From a virus (Duplodnaviria; Caudoviricetes), in IMG/VR virus record IMGVR_UViG_3300030406_002796, positions 1 through 52,397 of that record: a DNA stretch of 52,397 nt; one strand, 5' to 3'. Each line of letters opens with the position of its first letter. Positions within the stretch are counted from its first letter, which is position 1. Under the pieces are notes generated by a model. The model had not been told where the DNA came from. It ran no database searches and worked only from the letters and a program-made list of their open reading frames with translations. A program made the position numbers and the translations under genes. This document shows, in pieces, positions 25,251-36,144 of the stretch.

Positions 25251-26156
25251 ATGGGATTACTAGACGGAACAACACAAGCTCAATATTATAACTCAAGTAA
25301 CTCTGCTAATTATGGTAATTATCAATTTACTACACTAGAAAACATTATAAATGCTTTTATGTTTATTTATGTAGGTGAAGGTAAGATAATATCAAAGATT
25401 AGTAGAACCGACGTGCAGTTTCACGCAATGAGAGCTATACAAGAATTATCATATGATGTGTTAAGATCTTTTAAATCTCAAGAAATAGAAGTTCCAAACA
25501 CCTTGTCTATGGTATTACCTCAAGACTACGTTAACTATATTAGATTAGTTAGAATAGGTAGTGATGGTTTAGAAAGACCTTTATATCCAGCACAAAGAAC
25601 ATCAGACCCATTTGCCATAACTCAAGACGCAAATGGTAACTATCAATTTACAGACACAGACTCTGATGGGGTTGAAGATACTCTAACAGAGCAAACACCT
25701 AGTGACACTTCAAATAACTTTGAAAGCCAAACTCCTGTAAACTACCAACTATACGATATCAATTACAGCAATGATGTAGAGATATCACCACAAGGTAGAA
25801 GATATGGTTTAGATCCGCAGCATACACAAATAAACGGTAGTTATTTTATAGATAACTCTAGAGGTTTAATTAAGTTTGGTTCTGCTTTAGCTGGGGTTAC
25901 TGTAACGTTACATTATGTTAGTGATGGTTTAGGTACTGACTCTGAAATGGTAGTGCACAAGTTTTGTGAAGAAGCTTGTTATAAATGGATAGCATATGGA
26001 ATATTATCTACAAGATCTAATATACCACCGTTTATTGTTCAAAGATTTAAAAGAGAAAAGTTTGCTGAAACTAGAAAAGCAAAAATTAGATTATCAAATA
26101 TTAAGATAGAAGAATTTACGCAAGTACTTAGAGGTATGGGTAAACAAATAAAATAA
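25251..26156 (+). CDS. tail tubular/ring protein (putative)
   Basis: DVQFHAMRAIQELSYD, LPQDYVNY; position. Confidence 0.6.
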   Translation: MGLLDGTTQAQYYNSSNSANYGNYQFTTLENIINAFMFIYVGEGKIISKISRTDVQFHAMRAIQELSYDVLRSFKSQEIEVPNTLSMVLPQDYVNYIRLVRIGSDGLERPLYPAQRTSDPFAITQDANGNYQFTDTDSDGVEDTLTEQTPSDTSNNFESQTPVNYQLYDINYSNDVEISPQGRRYGLDPQHTQINGSYFIDNSRGLIKFGSALAGVTVTLHYVSDGLGTDSEMVVHKFCEEACYKWIAYGILSTRSNIPPFIVQRFKREKFAETRKAKIRLSNIKIEEFTQVLRGMGKQIK

Positions 26157-26160
26157 AATT

Positions 26161-29100
26161 ATGGGAGAAATTAAACATGGTTTTACGGCTGGCAAGATGA
26201 ATAAAGATCTTGATGAGCGATTAGTTCAGCAAGGTGAATATAGAGATGCCATGAATATTCAGGTAAGAACCACATCTGGTGATGGTGATGGTACAGGCAT
26301 TGGTGACTCTGGTGTAGTACAAAACTTACAAGGTAATATTGAAGTTGGCTCTGCTACTGGTGATGTGTTATCTTCGGCTTTTGCAGACTCTGAATTTACT
26401 TGTATAGGTTCTATTGCTAATGAAAAATCAGACTGTGCTTACTTTCTTTTTACTACAGATGTTTTACCTTTAATAACTACAGCAGAAGAATTAGTTAGAA
26501 TTGATACTATAATAGAACATAATGTTTCAAGTGGTGCTAACACACCAGTAGTTGTAGACAGATGGGCGTTAAGAACTTTAACGTCTAATGTATGGAGCTC
26601 AGCACCAACTGGTACTATTACTACATTTGAAGCTATATCTACTCTTCCAGCGAAAATAAGGGAAAACATGACTATCACTTTCTACGATAATGCTAATCCT
26701 ACTGATATTATAACTGTTAAAATAAAAAAGATAGACGGTAACACTATTCACTTATACGAACAAGCTACTGCTACTTGGAGTAACTTTACCCACGCAAGAT
26801 TTCAACACCCAAGAGTTTTAAACTTTTCTAAGAAAACTTTAATAAACGGTATTAATATAATTGATGATTTATTATTTTTTACCGATGGTAAGCATGAACC
26901 TAAAAAAATAAATATTACTAAATGTAAATCAGGCACTGACGCCAGTGGCGTTTTACATACTAAATTACTTATACAAGATCCTACTGTAGATCAATTAACA
27001 AATGCTGGTGATGCAGAACTAGTAGGATTAAATGCTGATTTGCTAGAAGAGCACGTTACCGTATTAAGACCTGCTCCTAAAACACCACCAACTATAGAGA
27101 CTGAAACTAGAGATGACGCTGAGTTACAGTTTAATTTAGATGATTTTTTCGTAGCCAACGGTGATGCAGAAATAAACGCTTGGGGTGAAGATCCATCTGC
27201 TGGCGATATGGTTTTAATAGGGACAAATTTTGATAACGACGGTAACGAAATTACTTACGGCTCTGTCACTCCTAATTTAAGTCAAGTACCTTTTCAAACA
27301 GGTGATATATTTACTGTTACACAAGAAGATGTAGAGGAAGGTTATCCTGAAGTAAATTTTAAAGTTAAATTTTTAGGATATTTTGCTGGATATCCAACCG
27401 CTGAACCTCAAGACGTACCAACAGATTTAATAAAAGTTCAAATATTAACAGAGCCAAACTACAATATAAGTAGTAGCATGCAATCTTGGTCGTTTAAACT
27501 TTCAAGCAAACAAGATTCTAAATTTGAATTAAAGTTTCCAAGGTTTGGTTACAGATATAAATACGATGACGGTGAATACTCTGCGTTTTCACCTTGGTCT
27601 GAATTAGCTTTTGACCCTGGTTTATTTGATTACGATACAGTTAAAGGTTATAACTTAGGTATGGTTAATACCATAAAGAAGATAATAGTAAAAGACTTTA
27701 TACCTTACTATACTGAAAGACCTTTAAATGTTGTAGAGGTTGACTTGTTATATAAGACTACTGAGTCACCAAATATATACACAGTCAAAACAATTAAAAA
27801 AATAAAAGATGGCGAGTGGGAATTATTTACTCCTGATGGTAATTTAGATAGTAATGACTCTACACAAAACTCTTTAGCTACCGGCGCGTTAGAAATAACT
27901 ACAGAGGCTATATACAAAACATTACCTTCAACTCAATTATTAAGAACTTTTGATAATGTACCTAGACGCGCTCTTGCTCAAGAAATAACAGGTAGTAGAA
28001 TATTGTATGGTAATTACACACAAGGGTTTGATATAAAATATCCAGTAGGTTTAGAACAAAATGTTACTAGTGAAACGGTTGAAGGGCAACCTAAAAAATC
28101 TCTTAAGTCTATAAGAGATTACAAAGTAGGTATGGTGTTTGGGGATATATATGGAAGAGAAACTCCAGTTATAGCATCTAATAAGATATCTGAAGTTGCT
28201 AACAATTTAGGTGGAACAGATTACTTAGCGCAAACAGATGATTTAACCGTACCAAAAGAGCTATGTGCAAAGTCTAATAGATTATCAGTAAAGCAAATAT
28301 GGGACAAACCTGGCTTACCTGCTGGAGACCCAACTGAGATGACATGGATGGAATACGTAAAATACTACGTGAAAGAAACATCTAATGAATATTATAATTT
28401 AGTTTTAGATAGATGGTATAAAGCTAAAGAAGAAAATAACATTTGGCTTTCTTTTCCTTCGGCCGATAGAAACAAAGTAGATCTTGAAACCTATTTGTAT
28501 TTAAAAAAGACACATGGTAACGACGAGGCTGTATTAGAAAAAGCTAGATATAAAATAATAGATATAAAAAACGAAGCTCCTGATTTTATAAAAACAGATA
28601 CAAGGAACTTTGGTTTAATAAATATAACAGGTGATCCAACCGCAGATGATTATGAATCCCCAATAGGCGCTGCTGATCCTCAAATAAACGAACCTTCTTT
28701 GCTAACTTCGCCTAGTAATACTAGAATAGCTGTTCCAGGTAATTCATGGAATGGTTTTTTAAATTTATATGGTGAAAATAAAAGAGGGCAATTGTTTGTA
28801 AGAGTAGTTGGTAGAACAGAAAACCCAGCTTCTGGCGCTGTGTTTAAACAATTAAATAGTGGAGACTTTAAAAAAGTTACACACCATTACGTTGATGGTG
28901 CTGGCGACGGTGTTGTTATATACAATGAGTCATTTTTACAATCAGCAGATATGGTTGAAAGATTTGCGCAAGCAAACTTTGATATAGATGGTAACTGTGC
29001 ATCTCAATGTTTACAGTATTTTTTTGAGTTCAAAGAAGAGGTTGTAGAAAACAAACCTGAGTTTGATGGTAGATTCTTTGTGTTAATAGAAAAAGACGAA

Positions 29101-32100
29101 ACCACTCAAGATCAAATAGAAATAACTTCTGATAATGAAGTACAATTTACTGAAATAGATTTAATAACTTTAAATTACGTAGATTCTCAACAATACAACC
29201 CAGCTCAGCAAGGTCCTTATTCTAGACTAGCTACTCCAACAGCTGGTGAACCTTCGGTATATAATGCTACCACTGGTTTGTTTAGAGAAGAAGATGTCGG
29301 TGGTGAGGTGCTAACTGATTTTACTCAACCTCATGAATGGTGGGGATTTGGTAGGTTTTCAAATAATCCTCAGCCATACCCTGGATATTGGAGCGCTTCA
29401 ACTACTAATGCTGTTACATCAAACTATCCTAGTGGAACTCTTGGCGACGCTGGAAATTGGCAATATGATTCTAAACAAGTTCATTTTTTTGCATTAGGTT
29501 GTAGAGCTGCTTCAGAAGGAATGAACGTAGATCTCGATGGTGATGATTACAGTGAGACGACTTATCATTTTGGTTATCAAAATATAACAGCTGGAGATGA
29601 CGGCCAAGCTACAGTTAAATACCCTGGCACAGCTAACTACGGTGGTATCACTTTAGACTACTGGGCCACTTATAAAAGATTTCATAGATCATCAGGTAAT
29701 TACAGCGAAACTGATGACAAGGGTTATGCTAATCCGCATTTAGTATTTTTAGATGGCGCTAGAGCTAATCAATATCAGCTAATGGAATTTGGAACTAACG
29801 AGACTGAAACTAACGAACAAGGTGTTCAGTCTATAAATGATTCAAATATAATATTAAGTAACGATAGTATAGCTGAAGGTGGTATATACCCTACTGATGG
29901 TAGTTACCCGTATGCTCCTTCTATATACAACTATAAGCCAACAGCGTTAGATCAAGGGCATGCCGACGAAGGTACTTTAGGTAGAATGGCTTTAAGTAAA
30001 ATAGGTGATTGGGGAGTTGGCGCAGGTGGTAGTGGCGCGCCCGCTATATATAATTATTTTGCTGGAGCTTCTGCAGCTGGTACTTACTTTTCTTTTAAAG
30101 ATGATAAATCTGATATGTCTGATCCAGACTTTCCAGATGGCAAACCTTATGTTTATAAAGTAATTACAGTTCACCCTGATGACGATGAAATTAGTTTACC
30201 GGTTCAAAAATCAAAACCACTAGCTAATAGAAACTTTGGTTATCAATTCAACCATGGTCAGTACGATGATAGCGACTCTGGTTGTGATAATAACGGTGGC
30301 GTTAACTTTGTAAGAAGTAGACAGTGGGCGCCAACTACTAGCGTTCCTAATGATGATGGCGCTTACTTTTTAAACTTTGGTGGAGAAAATGCTAATTGCG
30401 TAGATGAAGAAGGTAATGAAGTTAACTGTTTTGAAGGACTGTATAGTAACTTTGCTTTATCAGAAATATTCGACTTTGAAACGCTTGATAGTACTACACA
30501 TATTAGAACTGGTATGTATAGGAATACAGGGGGATTTTGCAATAATAGATTTCATAGAATATGCGGTCAATGTGACTCATCTGTTTCAACTGGTCCTTAT
30601 GAAAGTGGAACTGTATGTAGAAGAGAGTCTATAAGATTTGAATTTAGAAGAATAAACCCAGTAACTGGAGGTGTAACAAATGAAGGTATAGTACCAGATG
30701 AGTTTGATCCAAGAGGTTGGGCTAAGCACGATGGAACACATGGTGGTATAAGAATATCAATATTACAACCTGGTGTAGTAGCTGGTGGTAAAGAAGTTAA
30801 AATCGAAGAAGATAGAGCTGTTTGGGAAACAGAACCAAAAGAAGATGTTGGCTTAGATTTATATTATGAGGCTACGCACGCTATACCAATGAAATTAAAA
30901 AAAGGTAATGTATTATCTTACGCTCCTTTAAAATCTAAAGTTTTAGTAGAAAGAGTTGATCCAGCTACAGGCGTTACGGTTATAGATAATCTTAATGTAG
31001 CTAATTATAATGGTCAGCAGTATGTAGATGTTAGTGTAGGCGGGGCAGAGTATTTACAAGACGATGTTATAATAAAAGTTGTATCAAGAAGCGTCACGCT
31101 TATAGACTTGAATGGTAATGCGGACTTTGGGTTACACCAATACAATATAGGTATAGGTGATATACTTATATTCCAGCATAGCAGTGGCATGCAAACAAGA
31201 ACTGTAGTCGAAGACTATTATGTAGCACCAACTGGTGGTGAGAACTGTACATATGTTCCACAAACTACTTACACTACTACGTTTACTTACGACGCTGATG
31301 CTGATACTATATCACTAGCAAATGCTACAAATATTGTAACAGGTATGAACATTAGTGGTGAAGGTTTACCTGATGGTTTATTTGTATCAGGTAATCCTAA
31401 TGGAACTGAAATTCAAGTTGTTGGGTGGCCAACGTCAGCATTCTCTTGGTTTGGAGGTAATAGTAGCACACTTAGTAATATAGAATTTAAAAGCCCTACG
31501 GGCTATTATAAAGTAAATAAAGATGTTTACAAATACAAAGTTGATCTTGGCTGGCATAATTGTTATTCATTTGGTAATGGAGTTGAGTCTGATAGAATAA
31601 GAGATGATTTTAACGCACCAACAATCGATAATGGTGTTAAAGTTTCTACTACTATAGATGAGTATGGAGAAGAAAACAGAACAAGTGGTTTGATATTTTC
31701 AGGTTTATATAATACTACATCTGGAGTAAATGATTTAAATGAGTTTAATATGGGTGAAAAAATAATTAAGGATTTAAACCCGGACTATGGTACTATACAA
31801 GCTTTAAAAACTAGAGATACTAATGTTGTTGTTTTTTGTGAAGATAAAATATTAAAAGTAATTGCTAATAAAGAAGCTGTGTTTTTAGCAGATGGTAACC
31901 CTCAATTAACCGCTACTGATAGAGTGTTAGGTCAAGTGTCTACATTCTTAGGTGATTACGGTATATCAAGAAATCCAGAATCATTAGCTAAAGATAATTA
32001 TAGATTATATTGCACTGACTCACAAAGAGGCGCGGTACTTAGAATATCAATGGACGGTATAACACCTATATCAAATGTTGGTATGAGAACTTGGTTTAGA

Positions 32101-32814
32101 GAAAATATAGTAGGTTCTAGTGGGTATGGCACTCAAATGATAGGAACTTTTGATATGGTAAAAGGTGAATATAACTTAGGTATTAGTAACCAAACAATGG
32201 TAGCATTTAACGAAGGTTCTAAAGGTTGGGTTAGTTTTAGATCTTTTATACCAGATCAAGGAGTATCAGTTTCTGGAAAATACTTAACAACTAAAAGAGG
32301 TAAAATTTATAAACACCACGTGGACACTTTTGATCCAGATACTGGAGAAATAAATAATAGAAATTTATTTTATGGCGCTACTACTTTAGAGCCTGAAGCT
32401 GAATCTACAATTACCGTAATGTTTAATGATGTACCTGGCCAGGTTAAGTCTTTTAAAGCTATGAACTATGAAGGCACACAGGCTAGAGTAGATCAATTTA
32501 TATCTGAAACAATAGATGGTTTATCTTATACAGATGGCGAGTATTATAACTTAATTAATAAAAAAGGCTGGTGGGTAAGTGATGTCAATACAGATTTACA
32601 AGAAGGTAAAATAACTTGGTTTATTGATAAAGAAAACAAATGGTTTAATAATATTAGCGGTGTCGCTACTTCGCTTGAAAATTTAGATACTAGTGAGTTT
32701 ACAGTGCAAGGTATCGGTAGCCCTACATTAGTAACACTACCTCCTCCTACTGATGGGGATCCTACTAACACGTTTACTCTAACTATAAAGAATAAAACAA
32801 ATAATGATTTATAA
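26161..32814 (+). CDS. large tail protein (stabilization/nozzle-like)
   Basis: 2217 aa; GKMNKDLDERL...GEYRDAMNI N-terminus, CYSFGNGVESDRIRDDFN, YGISRNPES, KGWVSF. Confidence 0.7.
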   Translation: MGEIKHGFTAGKMNKDLDERLVQQGEYRDAMNIQVRTTSGDGDGTGIGDSGVVQNLQGNIEVGSATGDVLSSAFADSEFTCIGSIANEKSDCAYFLFTTDVLPLITTAEELVRIDTIIEHNVSSGANTPVVVDRWALRTLTSNVWSSAPTGTITTFEAISTLPAKIRENMTITFYDNANPTDIITVKIKKIDGNTIHLYEQATATWSNFTHARFQHPRVLNFSKKTLINGINIIDDLLFFTDGKHEPKKINITKCKSGTDASGVLHTKLLIQDPTVDQLTNAGDAELVGLNADLLEEHVTVLRPAPKTPPTIETETRDDAELQFNLDDFFVANGDAEINAWGEDPSAGDMVLIGTNFDNDGNEITYGSVTPNLSQVPFQTGDIFTVTQEDVEEGYPEVNFKVKFLGYFAGYPTAEPQDVPTDLIKVQILTEPNYNISSSMQSWSFKLSSKQDSKFELKFPRFGYRYKYDDGEYSAFSPWSELAFDPGLFDYDTVKGYNLGMVNTIKKIIVKDFIPYYTERPLNVVEVDLLYKTTESPNIYTVKTIKKIKDGEWELFTPDGNLDSNDSTQNSLATGALEITTEAIYKTLPSTQLLRTFDNVPRRALAQEITGSRILYGNYTQGFDIKYPVGLEQNVTSETVEGQPKKSLKSIRDYKVGMVFGDIYGRETPVIASNKISEVANNLGGTDYLAQTDDLTVPKELCAKSNRLSVKQIWDKPGLPAGDPTEMTWMEYVKYYVKETSNEYYNLVLDRWYKAKEENNIWLSFPSADRNKVDLETYLYLKKTHGNDEAVLEKARYKIIDIKNEAPDFIKTDTRNFGLINITGDPTADDYESPIGAADPQINEPSLLTSPSNTRIAVPGNSWNGFLNLYGENKRGQLFVRVVGRTENPASGAVFKQLNSGDFKKVTHHYVDGAGDGVVIYNESFLQSADMVERFAQANFDIDGNCASQCLQYFFEFKEEVVENKPEFDGRFFVLIEKDETTQDQIEITSDNEVQFTEIDLITLNYVDSQQYNPAQQGPYSRLATPTAGEPSVYNATTGLFREEDVGGEVLTDFTQPHEWWGFGRFSNNPQPYPGYWSASTTNAVTSNYPSGTLGDAGNWQYDSKQVHFFALGCRAASEGMNVDLDGDDYSETTYHFGYQNITAGDDGQATVKYPGTANYGGITLDYWATYKRFHRSSGNYSETDDKGYANPHLVFLDGARANQYQLMEFGTNETETNEQGVQSINDSNIILSNDSIAEGGIYPTDGSYPYAPSIYNYKPTALDQGHADEGTLGRMALSKIGDWGVGAGGSGAPAIYNYFAGASAAGTYFSFKDDKSDMSDPDFPDGKPYVYKVITVHPDDDEISLPVQKSKPLANRNFGYQFNHGQYDDSDSGCDNNGGVNFVRSRQWAPTTSVPNDDGAYFLNFGGENANCVDEEGNEVNCFEGLYSNFALSEIFDFETLDSTTHIRTGMYRNTGGFCNNRFHRICGQCDSSVSTGPYESGTVCRRESIRFEFRRINPVTGGVTNEGIVPDEFDPRGWAKHDGTHGGIRISILQPGVVAGGKEVKIEEDRAVWETEPKEDVGLDLYYEATHAIPMKLKKGNVLSYAPLKSKVLVERVDPATGVTVIDNLNVANYNGQQYVDVSVGGAEYLQDDVIIKVVSRSVTLIDLNGNADFGLHQYNIGIGDILIFQHSSGMQTRTVVEDYYVAPTGGENCTYVPQTTYTTTFTYDADADTISLANATNIVTGMNISGEGLPDGLFVSGNPNGTEIQVVGWPTSAFSWFGGNSSTLSNIEFKSPTGYYKVNKDVYKYKVDLGWHNCYSFGNGVESDRIRDDFNAPTIDNGVKVSTTIDEYGEENRTSGLIFSGLYNTTSGVNDLNEFNMGEKIIKDLNPDYGTIQALKTRDTNVVVFCEDKILKVIANKEAVFLADGNPQLTATDRVLGQVSTFLGDYGISRNPESLAKDNYRLYCTDSQRGAVLRISMDGITPISNVGMRTWFRENIVGSSGYGTQMIGTFDMVKGEYNLGISNQTMVAFNEGSKGWVSFRSFIPDQGVSVSGKYLTTKRGKIYKHHVDTFDPDTGEINNRNLFYGATTLEPEAESTITVMFNDVPGQVKSFKAMNYEGTQARVDQFISETIDGLSYTDGEYYNLINKKGWWVSDVNTDLQEGKITWFIDKENKWFNNISGVATSLENLDTSEFTVQGIGSPTLVTLPPPTDGDPTNTFTLTIKNKTNNDL

Positions 32815-32816
32815 TT

Positions 32817-34307
32817 ATGGCTCAATTATATAACTGTCAACCCGTAGAGCCTTTTGTGGCTGAGGAATTTTATGGTGATAACTTTGCTGATAGCACTTTG
32901 CAAAATCAAGCGCCTCCAACAGGGGCTCTTATATCTTCTACGCCTATAAATACTTGGTACTTTTTAAAAATAAAAGCTTCACCAGGTTATCGTATAGACG
33001 CTGGTATGATAAATATATACGGAGATAATGATGTTTTAATAAACCCTAACACTGAAGCACAAGCTGCAGATACTGGTCAAGGGTACCCTAATGGTATATA
33101 TGTGTATAATTTGTTTGGAGAAAATGCTAGCTTGCCTTATGTTTATACTATTAGGATGTTTGATTCGTTAGCTGGTGATTATGGTCAATGCGATAATGAA
33201 GTTATTGTAGAAGTGCAACTAGATCCGGCTTTTGAAATGCCACAAGTCGATACTACTATAGCTATAGATTTTGGTGGGCAAGCAATAGAGTGTGATCCTA
33301 GCACTGTTACTAATCCAGACAATACTGTGGTTAACCCGCCTAGCGAAACTAATAACGTAGCAAGTTCTGAAATATATTCTTCAGAATTATTTATTTCAAA
33401 TTACGACCCTGGCGATAGCTTGGATTATTATATAGCTTTATATTATCAAAGCGAAACCTACGCTTCATCTAATTTTAATTTAGAAAACGAAAGTTACTCT
33501 GGTATTAACCCTTACGCTAGTATACCTTTTGCTAGTTACTTACCAACCTATGATTACAATGGTAATTACGCTTTAGCATTTCCTGAGGTTTATACAGACT
33601 GTATAGACTCTTATCAACCTACTTGTTACATTAGATATGAAAATGCTTTTGAGGCAAATGAATTTTATGAAGCTCCCACTGATCTAGCTCCTAATGTTAT
33701 AACAACTGTTTGCGGACAAGTATCGGCATTAAATAACAGTATTAGTCAATATCAACCAAATGACCCAAACCATCCTAATATTAATAACCCAATGTTAGTT
33801 CAGCAAGGTGGTGTAACTAGAAATAAATTCATTGCTAAATGCAGTGCTAATTCTAATAACGAAAGATATTTACCTATAGGTGAATATCCAACCATAACAC
33901 CTGGCGATGAAGTTCTTCAAAGCTCAGTTTGCTATTACGTTAATGTTAGCGAAAATTCTGGAAAAGATTTAATTGCTAATTCAGCATTTATAGATGTTTG
34001 GAAAATAGTAACTATAGACGATAGAACTGAAACGCCTGCATATTCTGGAACACCACCAAGTAATACATGCGATCTTAATACTGAGAACTTTAATTATTTT
34101 GTTTCTGATAATGGAACTAATGAAAGTGATTTAGATATTAACAATATAACATTAACTCAAATAAATGCTCAAACTGTTAAAATAGAAATACCTTATAAAA
34201 ATGGTTTATCTATTGATAGGTATGGGCCTGAAGGAAATATAGACTACAAAAGAATAAATAAAATATTTGTAAATATATATCCAACGGATAGTGATCAACC
34301 ACTGTAA
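32817..34307 (+). CDS. hypothetical tail-associated protein
   Basis: 496 aa, acidic, Asn/Tyr/Pro-rich, in tail module. Confidence 0.6.
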   Translation: MAQLYNCQPVEPFVAEEFYGDNFADSTLQNQAPPTGALISSTPINTWYFLKIKASPGYRIDAGMINIYGDNDVLINPNTEAQAADTGQGYPNGIYVYNLFGENASLPYVYTIRMFDSLAGDYGQCDNEVIVEVQLDPAFEMPQVDTTIAIDFGGQAIECDPSTVTNPDNTVVNPPSETNNVASSEIYSSELFISNYDPGDSLDYYIALYYQSETYASSNFNLENESYSGINPYASIPFASYLPTYDYNGNYALAFPEVYTDCIDSYQPTCYIRYENAFEANEFYEAPTDLAPNVITTVCGQVSALNNSISQYQPNDPNHPNINNPMLVQQGGVTRNKFIAKCSANSNNERYLPIGEYPTITPGDEVLQSSVCYYVNVSENSGKDLIANSAFIDVWKIVTIDDRTETPAYSGTPPSNTCDLNTENFNYFVSDNGTNESDLDINNITLTQINAQTVKIEIPYKNGLSIDRYGPEGNIDYKRINKIFVNIYPTDSDQPL

Positions 34308-34323
34308 ATAACAAAATATAATT

Positions 34324-35733
34324 ATGGCATTAAATAATACAACTAATTTAATATTAAAAGTTGCTGCTAAAACTAAAGTAGGCTTAACTGCGTATAGTAT
34401 TAGTGGTGTAGCTGTTTCTCAAAATATTAAAGTTAAAGCCAAACAATTATCATATGGTAATTCTACTATATCAAATGGTTTTATAACAGTAAATAATACA
34501 ACGACAGTAGGCACAGGCGTGGTGACTGACAGTGGAACTATAAATCAAGTAGAGACTATTCCAGTTTCCGCTATAATGCCATTAAATGAATCCGTTAAAA
34601 TAGCATCGATAACTTTATCGCCAGCCGCTGGATATGAAATATCTAAAAAACCTAACGTGTCTTTTAGAAAAATTATACCTGGATTAAAAGTTTTTATAAA
34701 ACAAACTACAACGGCTAACGTGTATGACTTGATATGTAATATAGAAAGAGATATAACTGAAGTTGACGAAGCTATTATTGATTTAAATTACTCTTCAATA
34801 AAGCAACCTACAATTCTAACTAACACTATAAGTAAATTATATGTTGGCTCTTTAAATATACCTACAGCTGGAGTAACTAGAGAAATAAAAATATATGGCG
34901 CGCCTAAAACTCCATTTGAGTTAAGCGTGTTAGATGCTAGTGATAACTCTTTAATACGCAACTCTGAAGATACGGTAGTTCTACCTTCTGGTACTAAAAA
35001 CGCAATATCAAGTAAGCTTAACTCAAGAGGTTATTATTCTTACTTTCAAAAATTTCCTAGACTACCAATTATTTTAACAACAAAAGTTAACGTAGGTGGT
35101 GGGGTTAGTAACGCAAGGCAAATTACTTTTGATAGCTTAACAGGCGTTCAAGTTGGTGATGAGATAATAACGTCAGATACTAGAGGCGCTAGATTAAATG
35201 AAGGTGAAACAATAAAAGTTTCATCAATTGATAGTACATATGTTTGCACATTATCAAAACCTGTTACGCTTGCAGACAATAAAGTAGTTCAGTTTAGAAG
35301 ATCAACTAGTTATAAAATTAATTTAGAAACAACTGGCACTAAAGGTAGTTCATTGAGTTCTATTTATCCAACCTATACAATGACTCAAAACATAGGTACT
35401 ATATTAACTATAAATGCTACCACTGCTAATGGCGCTGTCCAAATAAACGGTGGCTCTGGTGGAGCAACTTATACTACTAGTTTTGGTAAAACAAAAACCG
35501 CGTCAAGAAGAGTGCAGCTTGTATATACGTACACAGGTAAAACTTTTAATGTTAGAGCCGGTAGGCCTACGCTAGATCAAATAGCTATTACTAGTGGCGA
35601 TGCTGCGATTAGTGGTAATATTAGTTTTTCTGGTAGCGGAACAAGTACATTCAAATTGTTTTTAGATTTATTAATAGACTATGGAACTGAAGACACAGTA
35701 GCTAATTTAAACATTGACAACATAACAACATAA
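34324..35733 (+). CDS. hypothetical tail-associated protein
   Basis: 469 aa, Thr/Ser/Ile-rich beta-type. Confidence 0.6.
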   Translation: MALNNTTNLILKVAAKTKVGLTAYSISGVAVSQNIKVKAKQLSYGNSTISNGFITVNNTTTVGTGVVTDSGTINQVETIPVSAIMPLNESVKIASITLSPAAGYEISKKPNVSFRKIIPGLKVFIKQTTTANVYDLICNIERDITEVDEAIIDLNYSSIKQPTILTNTISKLYVGSLNIPTAGVTREIKIYGAPKTPFELSVLDASDNSLIRNSEDTVVLPSGTKNAISSKLNSRGYYSYFQKFPRLPIILTTKVNVGGGVSNARQITFDSLTGVQVGDEIITSDTRGARLNEGETIKVSSIDSTYVCTLSKPVTLADNKVVQFRRSTSYKINLETTGTKGSSLSSIYPTYTMTQNIGTILTINATTANGAVQINGGSGGATYTTSFGKTKTASRRVQLVYTYTGKTFNVRAGRPTLDQIAITSGDAAISGNISFSGSGTSTFKLFLDLLIDYGTEDTVANLNIDNITT

Positions 35734-35735
35734 TT

Positions 35736-36095
35736 ATGCCAGCATTAGATTTAACATTTAACTCTCCAATAAATATTTCGTGTAAAGTAGGTGACACCGC
35801 TTATTACGTAAACACTACTACAATGGGTGGACATAGCGTGGCTGGTGAAACTTATTTAATAGGAACTATAAATTCAATAACAACATCTGGTTCTAGTATT
35901 ATTTTAAATGTAGAAATGGAAAGTGATTACGCGGAGTTTGTGACTGAAAGTAGTTTTATATTTTTTAGTAAAAATAATTTAGTAGAAACAGGTTCTATAT
36001 TAGGGTATTTTGCTAAAGCTAAATTTAGAAACAACTCTACAAATAAAGCAGAGCTTCATGCTACCGCATTTGAGATCGAGCAAAGCAGCGATTAA
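35736..36095 (+). CDS. conserved hypothetical structural protein
   Basis: INISCKVGDTAYY...FIFFSKN...GYFAKAKFRNNST.KAEL. Confidence 0.65.
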   Translation: MPALDLTFNSPINISCKVGDTAYYVNTTTMGGHSVAGETYLIGTINSITTSGSSIILNVEMESDYAEFVTESSFIFFSKNNLVETGSILGYFAKAKFRNNSTNKAELHATAFEIEQSSD

Positions 36096-36115
36096 TGTAA
36101 ATAAATAGCAATAAA

Positions 36116-36133
36116 TGTAATTATAATATAGTA
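36116..36133 (+). promoter_or_regulatory. putative late promoter motif
   Basis: TGTAATTATAATATAGTA before the ejected-protein genes. Confidence 0.55.
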
Positions 36134-36144
36134 AATTATTTAAT

